Source of the DNA: an uncultured delta proteobacterium
Lineage (GTDB): Bacteria > Desulfobacterota > Desulfobacteria > Desulfobacterales > Desulfosalsimonadaceae
Length of the DNA stretch: 64,000 nt
NCBI GenBank assembly: GCA_963826785.1
Contig: CAWGYD010000004.1
Location: 192,001-256,000, forward strand
Direction of reading: 5' to 3'
This document shows positions 29,989 to 41,210 of the stretch, one piece after another (the stretch's first letter is position 1; each line of letters starts with the position of its first letter). The notes beneath the pieces are model-generated. The model worked only from the letters and a program-made list of their open reading frames with translations, searched no databases and was not told where the DNA came from. Made by a program: the position numbers and the translations under genes.

Positions 29989-32891
29989 AGTGGATCCCGA
30001 ATCAACCGGTGCGGATGTGCGCCGAATTTCCCGATTCCCTGGCTGACAGCGCCCGGGAAAAGTGGGACGCATTTATCCGGGCCTGCGAAGAAAAGGCGAT
30101 AGATCCCGCTGAACTGGGGGATGTGGCCAAAGAGGCAAAGAAAGTGTTCGCCCTGAGTGAATTTGTCGCCCGGCGGGCCGTTCTTTCTCCTGAATTGTTT
30201 TTGGACCTGGCTGCCAGCAGGGATTTGATGAAGCCCTATGCGCCGGGCGAATACGCGCGAAAGCTTGCGTCCGCCTGCCGGGGTGCGGAGCAGATGGAGA
30301 TGCTGTATAGCACCCTTCGAAAGGTCCGGGCCCGGGAATTGGTGCGAATCGCCTTCAGGGACCTGGCCGGGTGGTCGGCCTTGAATGAAACCATGACCGC
30401 TCTGTCGGATTTTGCCGATGCGGTTCTGGAGGCCGCCCTGGCCGTATTGCACCGGTGGGCCTGCCATGAATACGGCGTACCGGTGGGCGAAAGCGGCAGG
30501 CACCAGTCGCTGGTCGTCATCGGGGTCGGCAAGCTGGGGGGGCAGGAGCTCAATTTTTCTTCGGATATCGATATCATCTTTGCCTTCCCCGAATCCGGCA
30601 GAACCAAGGGGGCGGTCTCGTCGATCACCAATGCGGATTTTTTTGCCCGGCTGTGCCGGCGGCTGATCGAGCTGCTGTCCAAATCCACCATCGACGGGTT
30701 TGTGTTCCGGCTGGACACGCGGCTTCGGCCGTTCGGTGATTCGGGTCCCCTCGCCATGAGCTTCGATGCCATGGAAACCTATTACCAGGAGCAGGGACGG
30801 GAATGGGAGCGCTACGCGCTCATCAAGGGACGGGTGGTGGCCGGAAACCCGGATGCCGGGGCGGAGCTTATGGAGCGGCTCAAACCGTTCGTGTACCGCC
30901 GGTACCTGGATTACGGGTCCTTCGATTCATTGAGGGATATGAAACACAAGATTTCCCGGGAAGTCTCCCGCAAGGGGATGGAGGGAAACGTGAAGCTTGG
31001 CCCCGGGGGCATCCGGGAAATCGAGTTTTTCGGCCAGATGTTCCAGCTGATCCGGGGCGGCGTAAACCCGGATTATCAGCAGCGGCAAATCTTGAACATC
31101 CTGGATGTTCTTGCGCAGGATCACGTGATCCTGCCGCGGGTGCGGGATGAACTCTCCTCCGCCTACGTGTTTCTGCGCAATGTCGAGCATCGGCTCCAGA
31201 TGGCCGAGGATCTCCAGACCCATCAGCTTCCGGAGTCCGTGGCGAACCGGCAGCGCCTGGCCCTGTCCATGGGATTTGCCGGCTGGGAATCCTTTTTTCA
31301 GGAATTAACCGGGATCATGGACCGGGTTCACGCGCATTTCGACGAACTGCTGGCCACCGATGAAGAGCCGGGGCAGATGCAAAACAGCAGCCGGTTCATT
31401 CAGGCGGCATGGGAAAACCTCTCCGATCCTGCTGCCAACGCAGATCTCATCAGAAAAGCGGGATTCGGGGACCCCGTCGCCATTTTAAAGATCATGGAAC
31501 GGTTTCGGGACCTGGCAGCAGCCAAAGATGTCAGCACACAAGGCTGCCAGCGGATTCAGCGGCTGGTGCCGAAGATCATCGCCGAATCAGTGAATGCCGA
31601 CGAACCTGAAAAGGTGCTAAACCAGATCTTTCAGCTTTTGGAAGCCATCCGCAGGCGCTCCTGTTATGTGGCCCTGCTGCTGGAAAACCCGGATACCATG
31701 GCCTACCTGGTGAAGCTGGCCGGGGCCAGCGACCTGGTCATGTCTTTTCTGTCCCGCCATCCTCTGCTGCTCGATGAACTGCTCGACCCGCGGACCCTCT
31801 ATGCGCCCCTGAGCAAAAAGGAACTGGCATCGGAGCTCGATTCAAGGCTGGGACGCATCGACGCCGGTGATCTGGAGCTGCAAATGGATGATCTGCGCAT
31901 ATTCCGGCAGATCAACACCTTTCGCATCGCAGCGGCGGATGTGGCCGGCACCCTGCCCCTGATGAAAGTGAGCGACGGGCTGACCTTTCTGGCGGAAACC
32001 GTCCTGGAAAAGGTGCTGGAAATGGCCTGGGATCATCTGGTTCGCCGGCACGGCCTCCCCTCGGGGAGCCGGGAAACCGGGGAGACGGGATTTGCCATCA
32101 TCGCCTACGGCAAGCTGGGGGGGCTTGAACTGGGCTACGGGTCGGATCTGGACCTGGTGTTTCTGCACACCGGTGACAAGGGATTTACCGCCGGCGGCAG
32201 GATGCAGCCGCTGGACAATGATCAGTTCTATGTGCGGCTGGGGCAGCGGATTATCCATTTTCTCTCCACCCAGACCCGCACCGGAAAGCTCTATGAGACG
32301 GACATGCGTCTGCGGCCCAGCGGCAGTTCGGGGATACTGGTCAGCCATGTGGACGCATTCGAATCCTACCAGCAAAGCGCCGCCTGGACCTGGGAGCACC
32401 AGGCCCTGATCAAGGCGCGTCCCGTTTGCGGGGACGCAGCGGTAGGAAAGCGGTTTTTAGAAATTCGTGACCGCATGCTTTCCCTTAAGCGGGATCAAAC
32501 CCATCTGCGTAATGAAGTCGTCGGTATGCGGGAAAAAATGAGAAACGAGCAGGATCGCCGCGCCGAAAAAACATTTAATCTGAAGCAGTCCCCGGGCGGG
32601 GTGATCGATATCGAATTTCTGGTTCAATACCTGATTCTGCTGCATGCCCACCGGGATGCGGGGCTGGTCGGATGGACCGATGTGGTCCGGCAGTTAAACA
32701 GCCTGGCCCTGGCCGGGATTATTGATGACCGCACCGCGCACATTCTCAAGCAGGCCTACCTGATCTTCCGGTATTATACGCACCGGCTGCGGCTCCAGGA
32801 GAAGCCGGCGGTGCTTCCTGATAACCGGTTTACGGAGCTGCGACAGGAAGTGGTCCGGATCTGGCGGGCGCATCTGTCGACCCCTTCCTGA
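29985..32891 (+). CDS. glnE: Bifunctional glutamine synthetase adenylyltransferase/deadenylase
   Basis: Two nucleotidyltransferase halves GKLGGQELNFSSDID and GKLGGLELGYGSDLD, D.RLRP twice, GGIREIEF, AWTWEHQAL. Confidence 0.96.
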   Translation: MKWIPNQPVRMCAEFPDSLADSAREKWDAFIRACEEKAIDPAELGDVAKEAKKVFALSEFVARRAVLSPELFLDLAASRDLMKPYAPGEYARKLASACRGAEQMEMLYSTLRKVRARELVRIAFRDLAGWSALNETMTALSDFADAVLEAALAVLHRWACHEYGVPVGESGRHQSLVVIGVGKLGGQELNFSSDIDIIFAFPESGRTKGAVSSITNADFFARLCRRLIELLSKSTIDGFVFRLDTRLRPFGDSGPLAMSFDAMETYYQEQGREWERYALIKGRVVAGNPDAGAELMERLKPFVYRRYLDYGSFDSLRDMKHKISREVSRKGMEGNVKLGPGGIREIEFFGQMFQLIRGGVNPDYQQRQILNILDVLAQDHVILPRVRDELSSAYVFLRNVEHRLQMAEDLQTHQLPESVANRQRLALSMGFAGWESFFQELTGIMDRVHAHFDELLATDEEPGQMQNSSRFIQAAWENLSDPAANADLIRKAGFGDPVAILKIMERFRDLAAAKDVSTQGCQRIQRLVPKIIAESVNADEPEKVLNQIFQLLEAIRRRSCYVALLLENPDTMAYLVKLAGASDLVMSFLSRHPLLLDELLDPRTLYAPLSKKELASELDSRLGRIDAGDLELQMDDLRIFRQINTFRIAAADVAGTLPLMKVSDGLTFLAETVLEKVLEMAWDHLVRRHGLPSGSRETGETGFAIIAYGKLGGLELGYGSDLDLVFLHTGDKGFTAGGRMQPLDNDQFYVRLGQRIIHFLSTQTRTGKLYETDMRLRPSGSSGILVSHVDAFESYQQSAAWTWEHQALIKARPVCGDAAVGKRFLEIRDRMLSLKRDQTHLRNEVVGMREKMRNEQDRRAEKTFNLKQSPGGVIDIEFLVQYLILLHAHRDAGLVGWTDVVRQLNSLALAGIIDDRTAHILKQAYLIFRYYTHRLRLQEKPAVLPDNRFTELRQEVVRIWRAHLSTPS

Positions 32892-32999
32892 TTTCTCATT
32901 TTCTTTTGCATGCAACATGATAACCCGGCGGGCGCAGATGCGAGTCGGCGGGAAATCGGCGAAACAGCCGACGGGGACAGCATTTGATGAGAAATCAAA

Positions 33000-33475
33000 T
33001 CAGTTGAAGAGATAAAACCCCAGCGCGTTGTCGGGTGCCTGGGTGCTGGTGTATTCCACGCCGGCAAAAAGCCCCTTGATGCTTCTGACAATGACATTTT
33101 TCCGGACCTGTGATCGCTGGGGGTCATCGAGCCTGAACTCTACGGTGATATATCGCCGACGGTAAAACGCGGCTGGGCATCGAGTTTGAGCCGCATTCCG
33201 GAAAAGGAAATATCGAGCACCGCCATCTGACCGGTGTACTCCTTGGTCCTGGACAGTGCGCTGACGGTTGAATGCCGGTAGATGCCGGGCAGATGGGTCT
33301 CCTTCCGAAATTTGCGGCGCTTTTCGATCATGACCGAAAATGCATGCCCGCAGGGGCATTTGATCTTGAGCCGGTCGGCTTCCATATACCTTGAAATATC
33401 CATGATGCGGGTTTTCTGACATTCGGGACAGGTCACCGTTGCGGTTTCATCATCATTTATAAACAGCTTCATCAT
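33000..33475 (-). CDS. PilZ-domain protein with N-terminal zinc ribbon, one-base deletion near 33150
   Basis: CPEC..CPCG, c-di-GMP motifs KRRKFR (RxxxR) and DISFSG (DxSxxG); continues as ITVEFRLDD...GFYL in ORF 33000-33422. Confidence 0.78.
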
Positions 33476-33666
33476 GTTACGGGCCCTCATATCGGTGAAA
33501 AAAGATATCAAAGATATCCCCATGCAATTAATCGAACATCGGAGTTTAAAGAGAACGAAAAACGAGAAACATCTCATGAGGGGATGATATCGATATTTTT
33601 TTTACATAAATGATCATGTGAAAAAAATCAATGGAATATGAATTGATGATTTCATTTGAAAAATGA

Positions 33667-34077
<411 letters not shown>

Positions 34078-34086
34078 CCATTTGCT

Positions 34087-35631
34087 TTAATCGTACTGCC
34101 GGGAATCGATGTCGTACTTGGCGGCTTTGTAGGAGAATTTCCGGACGGTGGTGTTGAGCGTTTTGGCGGCCTGTGAAATGTTGCCCCGGGTGTGCTTGAG
34201 GGCATCGATGATCATCTCCTTTTCCAGTCGCTCCACCGCTTTTTCCAGGGATAGGGAGGGGAGCGTGCCGCTCTCCTGCCCGGTCTGGAGGGTCGGAGGC
34301 AGGTGATAGCTGTGGATGACCTGATCATCGCACAGCAGTACCGCGCGCTCGATGCAGTTTTCCAGTTCCCGGACGTTTCCGGGCCAGTGATAGCTCATGA
34401 GCATGTCGATGGCCGGCGTGGAAAACCGCATGATTTTCTTGTTGTTCTCCCGGGTGTATTTTTCCAGGAAAAAATCGGCCAGCACCAGGATATCGGTTTT
34501 GCGCTCCCGCAGGGGCGGCAGATAGATGGGAAAGACGTTGATCCGGTAATACAGGTCGCTCCTGAAGTGGCCTTCGTTCACCGCATTTTCCAGGTTCTTG
34601 TTGGTGGCGGCGATGATGCGGACATCGATCTTGATGGTCCGGTTGCCGCCGACCCGCTCGAATTCCCGCTCCTGGAGCACCCGTAGCAGTTTGGTCTGCA
34701 CATCCGGATCGATGGAGCCGATCTCATCTAAAAAGAGGGTCCCCTTGTCGGCCAGTTCGAATTTTCCGGTTTTCTGGTGCAGCGCTCCGGTAAAGGCCCC
34801 TTTTTCGTGGCCGAACAGTTCGCTTTCAATCAGGTTGGCGGGAATGGCCGCGCAGTTGATCTTGATGAAGGGGGCTTTGGCCCGGGGGCTGTTGTAATGG
34901 ATGGAGTTGGCCACCAGTTCCTTTCCCGTTCCGCTTTCTCCCCGGATCAGCACGGTGGCGTTGCTGCCGGCCACCTGTGAGATCATCTGGAACACCTCGC
35001 GCATCTTGTTGGAGTTGCCGATGATGTTCTTGATGTGGTATTTTTTCTTGAGCTCGCCCTGCAGCCGCTCGTACTCGGCCTTGAATTTCTCCTTTTCGAT
35101 GCGGATGCGTTCCAGGTGGATGACCTGGGTGGCGATCATGGCCGCGACCACCGACAGAATTTTTTCCCCTTCATCCAGCAGATAATCCGGATCATAGAGT
35201 CGATCCACGCTGAGCGCCCCGATCACCTGCTTTTCTTTTTTAATGGGCACACAGATAAAGGAAAGCTCGTTTTCCTTGATAAGTTTGCGGGTTTCGGTGC
35301 GGTTTAAAAACCGCTGATCTTCGCTGATCTTGGCAATGGTGACCGGCCGGCCGGACTGGATCACCTGGCCGGTGATCCCCTCTCCGAGCTTGTATTTGCC
35401 CCGCTGCCGGGCGCGCCTGGGGATGCCGTGGGCCACCTCGATGCCGATCTCCTCATTGATGGGATTGAATATGGTAATGGTGCCGCGCACCATATGCATG
35501 TTCTTGGACAGCAGCGCCAGGATGTCATAGAGGGACTGCTTCAGCTCGGAAGCGTCATTGAGCACCTGGGAAATCTTGTACAGGAGGCCGATCTCATCTG
35601 CACAGGCAATTTGTGAATTTAATTTCGTCAT
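34087..35631 (-). CDS. sigma54-dependent activator, GAF-AAA+-HTH (NifA-like architecture)
   Basis: N-terminal GAF (GEGITG.V), [32 protein letters not shown]-terminal Fis HTH. Confidence 0.92.
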   Translation of the reverse strand: MTKLNSQIACADEIGLLYKISQVLNDASELKQSLYDILALLSKNMHMVRGTITIFNPINEEIGIEVAHGIPRRARQRGKYKLGEGITGQVIQSGRPVTIAKISEDQRFLNRTETRKLIKENELSFICVPIKKEKQVIGALSVDRLYDPDYLLDEGEKILSVVAAMIATQVIHLERIRIEKEKFKAEYERLQGELKKKYHIKNIIGNSNKMREVFQMISQVAGSNATVLIRGESGTGKELVANSIHYNSPRAKAPFIKINCAAIPANLIESELFGHEKGAFTGALHQKTGKFELADKGTLFLDEIGSIDPDVQTKLLRVLQEREFERVGGNRTIKIDVRIIAATNKNLENAVNEGHFRSDLYYRINVFPIYLPPLRERKTDILVLADFFLEKYTRENNKKIMRFSTPAIDMLMSYHWPGNVRELENCIERAVLLCDDQVIHSYHLPPTLQTGQESGTLPSLSLEKAVERLEKEMIIDALKHTRGNISQAAKTLNTTVRKFSYKAAKYDIDSRQYD

Positions 35632-35732
35632 ATATGCATGTCTAATTTATATTTTTGCCTGCCGCAAGTGCATTTTTAATCCCGATGAGATACATAAGGA
35701 ACCGGCTTTCAAAATTAAATTCCGATCGGCCT

Positions 35733-38360
35733 TCAGTTGTGTTCGGCATACAGACCCTCAACCGGATGCTGATAGAAGGCTTCTTTGTCTTCATACATCC
35801 GCTGGTCCGCCAGTTTGATCACATTTTCCGGGTGGGTTTCATCCGATCCGGAAACCCCGATGCTGATGCGGATAAAAAATTCTTCCTGTTTCTGCTGCTT
35901 GGTGAAACCCTGTATTCTCAGATTTTTTTCTTTCTCACGAATCCGCCCGATCATTGCTTCGGCCTGGTGGCTGCGGATGCCGGGGAGCAGCAGGGCGAAC
36001 TCGTCGCCGCCGATACGCGACAAAACATCCGTTTCGCGGCACACGGACTTCAGCAGGTCCGCCACCTGGCGGATCATTTCATCCCCCCGGTCGTGTCCAT
36101 ACCGATCATTGACCCGTTTTAGCCCGTTGATGTCGATGATGAGAATGGAAAAATGCACATCCGGAAACTGCAGGGCGTTTTTAAGGGTTTTTTCATACTC
36201 CTGGTCGAAAAAGGACCGGTTGGACACCCCGGTCAGCCCGTCGGTACTGGCGATGGTTTCAAGCCGCCGCATGAGCAGCTTGTTCTGCGTGGCCGAGGAA
36301 ACCTGGGCCAGAAAAATGGAAATGACCTTAAGCGTGATCGGGTCCAGGGGCGGTCCCTTGATGATCATCTTGCCGATGGCCCGGCGGTCTTTGAGGCGCA
36401 TGGGAAGCACGGTCCAGTGGCTGTTTGCATCGGTTTCGGCAAGGGTCTCCGCATTGAGCCGGGTGCCGATATCGGCATCCTCCAGATGCTGGCGGTTTTT
36501 CAGGACAGCCCTTTGTTCTTCGTCGGACAATCCCTGGAACGCGCCGCTTTCGAGAATTTCCGACCGCCCGCCTTCCAGGAGAATGCCGATGCCCAGGCGG
36601 GGGAAGATGGAGCGGAGTTTATTTAAAGTGTATTCAAACAGTGTTCCGATTTCACCGATGGCGTGAATCTGCGTGCTGGTTTCAAAAAGCGACAGGAAAA
36701 TACGATTCTGCTTTTTGATAATGGTGTTGTTTTCGATGATTTTATCATTTTTCCGGCGCACATCGAAAAGGGCGGCCGAAAGATCCCGGGTCCGTTTTTC
36801 AACCAGTAATTCCAACCCCTCCAGCAATTTGGCGTTTTCCACAAAAGGACCCATGGTGATCCCGAAGTTTCGAAATATCTCTTTTTCCGGGCGGGTATAA
36901 GACCGGTCGTTGATCTTGTTTCCGATGATCACCAGACAAATCAGCTGGTTTTTGGAAAATACGCCGATTACCATTCCGGCCTGCTGCAGCCAGTCATCGG
37001 AATCACTGGAGATCCGGTTTTCAGCGATCCATTTTTCAAGCATTGCCCGGGTGACCAGGGAGGCCTTTTCCGAAAGGATTCTGCGCACAAGCGGGTGTGC
37101 TGCCGGTATGGTCAGCGGAATGTCGCCTTCCGGTATGCTTCCGGATGATTTGAAGAACCCGAAGGCATGCAGGTTGTTCCAGGTCGCCCAGCCCGTGAAT
37201 GCGCTGTCGGATTCACTGTAGAATACCGTGGCGCAGCGGGTATTCATGAATAACGTAAACAGCCAGTCGCAGATTTCCTGATGAATGGCCCGAACATGGT
37301 GAATTCCGGACAGCCGATAGGTCAGCTGATAAAATTTTTTCTGCAAAAGGTCGTCCGAGCGCCTGATCAACAAATTTAGGAGGGCGTCCCACAGCTTGTA
37401 AAGGGGATGATACAGGACTGCCACCATGAGTATTCCCGCCGCAAATGCCAGATATTGATATTTTTCCGGCAGCAGCATCTTCGGGATCAGGCCGGCGGCA
37501 AAAACCAGGGCCACATGGCCGACCTTTAAAAGAATCGACCGCAGCTGCTGCAGCGCGATTCTCAGGTTGTACTTGAACAGGCCGTAGGCCAGCAGGAACA
37601 GGGAGATGAAGATGAAGGTTCCCAGGGGATAGAGTTCATAGCCATAAATGGCCGGCGTGTTGGTAAGGCTTAAAGCAGCCGAACTGACAAATCCTATGAT
37701 CAGGAATTTAATCATGTCCCGGCGATGCGGGTCAGTTGATTTCCGATATGCGGAATACAGGATGGTCACGCAATAGATGGTGGCCGCCATCCACAGGAAA
37801 CTCATGACATCATATAAAATGGCTTTTTTGGCGAAGAAACCCCAGAAAAAATGATTGATCCCGGAAAAATAATATTGGGTGGGTGTAAGCAGGGCCATTA
37901 CCGCGCCGACCCCATAGCCGAGATACACCACCCACCACCGGTCCTTTTTGCCGCAGACCAGGTAGGACAGGTGCAGGTTGGCCCCGATCTGGACCAGGAC
38001 CAAAAAAAAATGATCGATGCGGGAGATGGTCAAAGCGGTTGCCGGGTCGGAAATGATCCCCAGCAGGAAAATATCGAGATTGAGCCCGGCAAAAACCAGG
38101 CAGATGATCGAAAAAAGCAGGCTTTCGACCCGGGTCTGTTCCAGTGTGAGTACAAAGATCGATAAAAATGCCGCGCTCAGCACCGAAAGCAGCGGTGGAA
38201 TCCCGAAGGGCACGATCCGGCGCATCACATCGCCGACATCCTGGTCCTTGATCAGCCAGAAGGACGCGCCCAGCAGCAGGAAATAAATCAGCCCCAGACC
38301 GGCTTTTAATATCCCGGCCATGACCTGTCTGCGGGTATATGCGGCTAAAATGGGATTCAT
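35733..38360 (-). CDS. Membrane-bound diguanylate cyclase (multi-TM sensor, GAF-like, GGDEF)
   Basis: About 9-10 N-terminal hydrophobic segments; TDGLTG..NR, DINGLKRVND.YGH, RETD I-site, intact RIGGDEF. Confidence 0.9.
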   Translation of the reverse strand: MNPILAAYTRRQVMAGILKAGLGLIYFLLLGASFWLIKDQDVGDVMRRIVPFGIPPLLSVLSAAFLSIFVLTLEQTRVESLLFSIICLVFAGLNLDIFLLGIISDPATALTISRIDHFFLVLVQIGANLHLSYLVCGKKDRWWVVYLGYGVGAVMALLTPTQYYFSGINHFFWGFFAKKAILYDVMSFLWMAATIYCVTILYSAYRKSTDPHRRDMIKFLIIGFVSSAALSLTNTPAIYGYELYPLGTFIFISLFLLAYGLFKYNLRIALQQLRSILLKVGHVALVFAAGLIPKMLLPEKYQYLAFAAGILMVAVLYHPLYKLWDALLNLLIRRSDDLLQKKFYQLTYRLSGIHHVRAIHQEICDWLFTLFMNTRCATVFYSESDSAFTGWATWNNLHAFGFFKSSGSIPEGDIPLTIPAAHPLVRRILSEKASLVTRAMLEKWIAENRISSDSDDWLQQAGMVIGVFSKNQLICLVIIGNKINDRSYTRPEKEIFRNFGITMGPFVENAKLLEGLELLVEKRTRDLSAALFDVRRKNDKIIENNTIIKKQNRIFLSLFETSTQIHAIGEIGTLFEYTLNKLRSIFPRLGIGILLEGGRSEILESGAFQGLSDEEQRAVLKNRQHLEDADIGTRLNAETLAETDANSHWTVLPMRLKDRRAIGKMIIKGPPLDPITLKVISIFLAQVSSATQNKLLMRRLETIASTDGLTGVSNRSFFDQEYEKTLKNALQFPDVHFSILIIDINGLKRVNDRYGHDRGDEMIRQVADLLKSVCRETDVLSRIGGDEFALLLPGIRSHQAEAMIGRIREKEKNLRIQGFTKQQKQEEFFIRISIGVSGSDETHPENVIKLADQRMYEDKEAFYQHPVEGLYAEHN

Positions 38361-38740
38361 AGAGTTTCAAAGATTGCTTGCGCGATTATGCGCGTTTTCG
38401 GCTTTTTATGGCCAAAATGCGCTAAATCTCCGCAATAAAGGAATTTTTGATTAAGAAAATGATATGTTTGGCTGTAATTGCATACTATTCTGATGTGCCG
38501 CCCCAAAAGGAATGTCATTGCCTTTTTCTTTTGTTTATCAGCAAATCATCATTTATCAAAGCATAAAATTTCTAAGATTTTCATTCAATTAGATCCATAT
38601 GTGAAATTGTCGGTTGATTAACGCCCTCGCGTCGGTCTATATTTACGCGGTTTCACGTCCGACAGAAGCGGTTGCCGCCCCTGTCGTGCAGTTTGTCGTC
38701 GGCATTCGGTCGAAACGAGGACTTTTTGAAGGAGGTCGCA

Positions 38741-39061
38741 ATGAAGAATTTAAAGTGGATCTGTTTAATTGGATTGATGATGGTTGTGCCCATGCTGATC
38801 GGCTGCGCCACCCCTTATCCCATGGGGTCTTTGTACACCGGAATCAAATTACCGATGGATGCGGAATCAGGCAAGGCAACGGGGCTAAAAACCGGAACCG
38901 CAGAATGCAAGAGCATCCTGGGGCTGGTGGCCACCGGTGACTGCAGCATCAATGCCGCCATGAGAAACGGCAACCTGACCGAAGTCAACTACATGGATTG
39001 GGAAGCCGAAAATATCCTGGGAATTATCGGAAACTACAAGCTGGTGGTTTACGGCAGATAA
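38741..39061 (+). CDS. TRL-like family lipoprotein
   Basis: GGAGG RBS, lipobox LIGC, KTGTAECKSILGLVATGDCSI.AA. Confidence 0.72.
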   Translation: MKNLKWICLIGLMMVVPMLIGCATPYPMGSLYTGIKLPMDAESGKATGLKTGTAECKSILGLVATGDCSINAAMRNGNLTEVNYMDWEAENILGIIGNYKLVVYGR

Positions 39062-39080
39062 CAGAAGTATCTGAACATGC

Positions 39081-39180
39081 CATGACCGGCGGGGGAATTT
39101 GCGGATCCGGAACTGACCATCCGAATGCCGACCCTTTTTATCCACCGTCAGAAGCCGGGATTCCTCGCCTGCCGGTCATG
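39081..39180. repeat. Inverted repeat between convergent genes
   Basis: CATGACCGGC...GGAAT / ATTCC...GCCGGTCATG. Confidence 0.5.
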
Positions 39181-39195
39181 GACATGCTCTGCAGT

Positions 39196-39819
39196 TCAAC
39201 CGGTTGAAATTGGATGGAGGTTTCGGGTAATCACCGCTTCCAGGTCATCCGTGTACCCGAAATAAAAATGATCCGCCCCATCGATGACCACAAGCTCCGC
39301 TGAGGCGTTCCACGCCGAAACCTTTTTTTTGAGCAGGGCCGGCGGGGCGAATTCGTCGCTGCTGCCGGTCACCACCAGCTTCAGTGCGTTGAATGCAGCC
39401 GTTGGCTTGAAGGGCATCAGCGCCGCCGGCGGTGATACCAGGATCATCTCATCGATGGCCACATGGGCTGCGGCATGGGCATTGACCCAGGCGCCGAAGG
39501 AATACCCGGTCAGGGAAAGCGGCATCACCCCCCTTTCTTTCAGATAGGCGCAGGCCGCCGCCACATCCTGCTGTTCACCTTCCCCATCGTCATGTGCCCC
39601 CATGCTGTTTCCCACCCCCCTGAAGTTAAACCGCAGGGTGGCAAATCCCTTCCCGGCATAAGCTTTTTGAATCGTTTCCACCACTATGTTGTACATGTTT
39701 CCGCCGTAGAGCGGGTGCGGATGCGTGATCACCACTCCCGGACCCGGCCCGGCCATATGGAGGCGGCCTTCCAGAAGGAGTCCGTCGTTGCTTTTGAATT
39801 CCACCCGTTCTTCAACCAT
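39196..39819 (-). CDS. Alpha/beta hydrolase
   Basis: HPHPLYGGNM, RFNFRGVG, GYSFG nucleophile, GADHF. Confidence 0.88.
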   Translation of the reverse strand: MVEERVEFKSNDGLLLEGRLHMAGPGPGVVITHPHPLYGGNMYNIVVETIQKAYAGKGFATLRFNFRGVGNSMGAHDDGEGEQQDVAAACAYLKERGVMPLSLTGYSFGAWVNAHAAAHVAIDEMILVSPPAALMPFKPTAAFNALKLVVTGSSDEFAPPALLKKKVSAWNASAELVVIDGADHFYFGYTDDLEAVITRNLHPISTG

Positions 39820-39828
39820 GACGCCGCC

Positions 39829-40970
39829 TTATCTCAGTACCTTGATGACCTGATCACCGAAGTATGCCTTCTGCCAGTCCTTCATCCCGGCGATCGAATC
39901 AAGCGCTTCCATGGATTTCGGTATCCTGTTCCGCAATGGCCTTGAGCAGCGCATTATTGAAAAACACGCCGGGATCCATTCCCAGGGATTTGGCGGTGGA
40001 CTGCCGCCAGTCCTTTAGACCGGTTTAACTTTTTGGATGTGTCCCGGTCGGGAAAAGACCGGGGGTGGCGGGGATAGGGCACCAGTTCTTTTTCATGCAG
40101 TTCAAGCGCCTTTTGCACTGCATCGAGAATGGCCTGACCATACATGTGGATCTGGGTATCGCTTAAGGCCTCGCTCTGGTGAAGTTGTTTTAGCGTTCCG
40201 GGTTTGGCCAGGGCGATTTTGATCAGGTCGGCATTGCCCATGACTTTGAAAGGGGGGCGGTCTTTCTGCCGGGCGACCTGCTGGCGGTATGCCAGCAGGT
40301 TTTCCAGGACGGCCAGGCTTCGCGGATCCATGCGGCCGGCCCCCTTTACCCGGGTAAACAGGGGCAGGTGATCATTTTCCTCGGGACGCATGGCGGTCAT
40401 GCGGCCGCACTCTTCCAAAACCCATGCCAGTCGCTGCTTTTGAATCAATTCCGATTTTTGCAGGTGGTAGAGGGGGATGAGGTAGCGCACATCATTTGCC
40501 GCATAGTCGATCATCTCCTCGGGAAGCGGACGGCGGGACCAGTCTTTTTTCTGAAACTTTTTTTCCAGTTGCACGTCAAACCGGTTTCTCAGCACCGCCT
40601 CGAGCCCGGTTTCCGACTGCCCCAGGAACCGGCTGGCCAGTTCCGTGTCGAAGAGGTTGTCGATGGCCATGCGGTAGCCTTTATACAAAATGCGGATATC
40701 ATAATCTGCCCCGTGGAAGATTTTGCAGATGCCGGGATTGGAAAAGATTTCACCCAGGGGCGACAAGTCCGATAGTGCCAGGGGGTCGATGACATAGCAG
40801 GCGGCGGGACTGGCCGCCTGGATCAGGCACACCTTTTCTTCGAAATGGAACATGGAGTCGGCTTCAAGGTCGAAAGCCAGTTCGGGATACTGCGCCATTT
40901 CAGAAACCGCATTTTTGAGCTGGAGATCCGTGGTGATCCGTGTGAGCGTACGAACAGTCGCCTGTTGCAT
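39829..40970 (-). CDS. rnd: Ribonuclease D (3'-5' exonuclease + HRDC), two +1 frameshifts (about 40020 and 39925)
   Basis: AFDLEAD, KIFHGADYD, FDT, DWSRRPL, YAANDV, HRDC; C-terminus restored as LKDWRQSTAKSLGMDPG...PKSMEALDSIAGMKDWQ...VLR*. Confidence 0.85.
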
Positions 40971-41210
40971 GAGTTTATCCGTTGTCCTGATAGATTTTTG
41001 TCATATCTTTTTCCTTGACCCCGCAAGGTCTTATTATTTACATATCAAAAGTTTTCAAAATCGGGTATATAAAGATGTTTTTTTAATCTTGAAAGTGGCG
41101 GACGCATCATGAAAATGAATTTCGGCCATGTTCATTTTCCGGATATCCGATTCATATACAAGCATATGATTCCTTTTTGAAATTTCAATATACTGGCAGG
41201 TAAGACACCC

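Noticed and set aside
34087..35631. Calling the activator nifA or inferring nitrogen fixation
   Set aside because: GAF-AAA-HTH architecture is common in Desulfobacterota and no nif genes are present here
40971..41210. T-box or tRNA-mimic operator upstream of thrS
   Set aside because: Only AT-rich hairpins (e.g. GAAAATGAA-N11-TTCATTTTC); no T-box consensus or Thr anticodon-like loop identified
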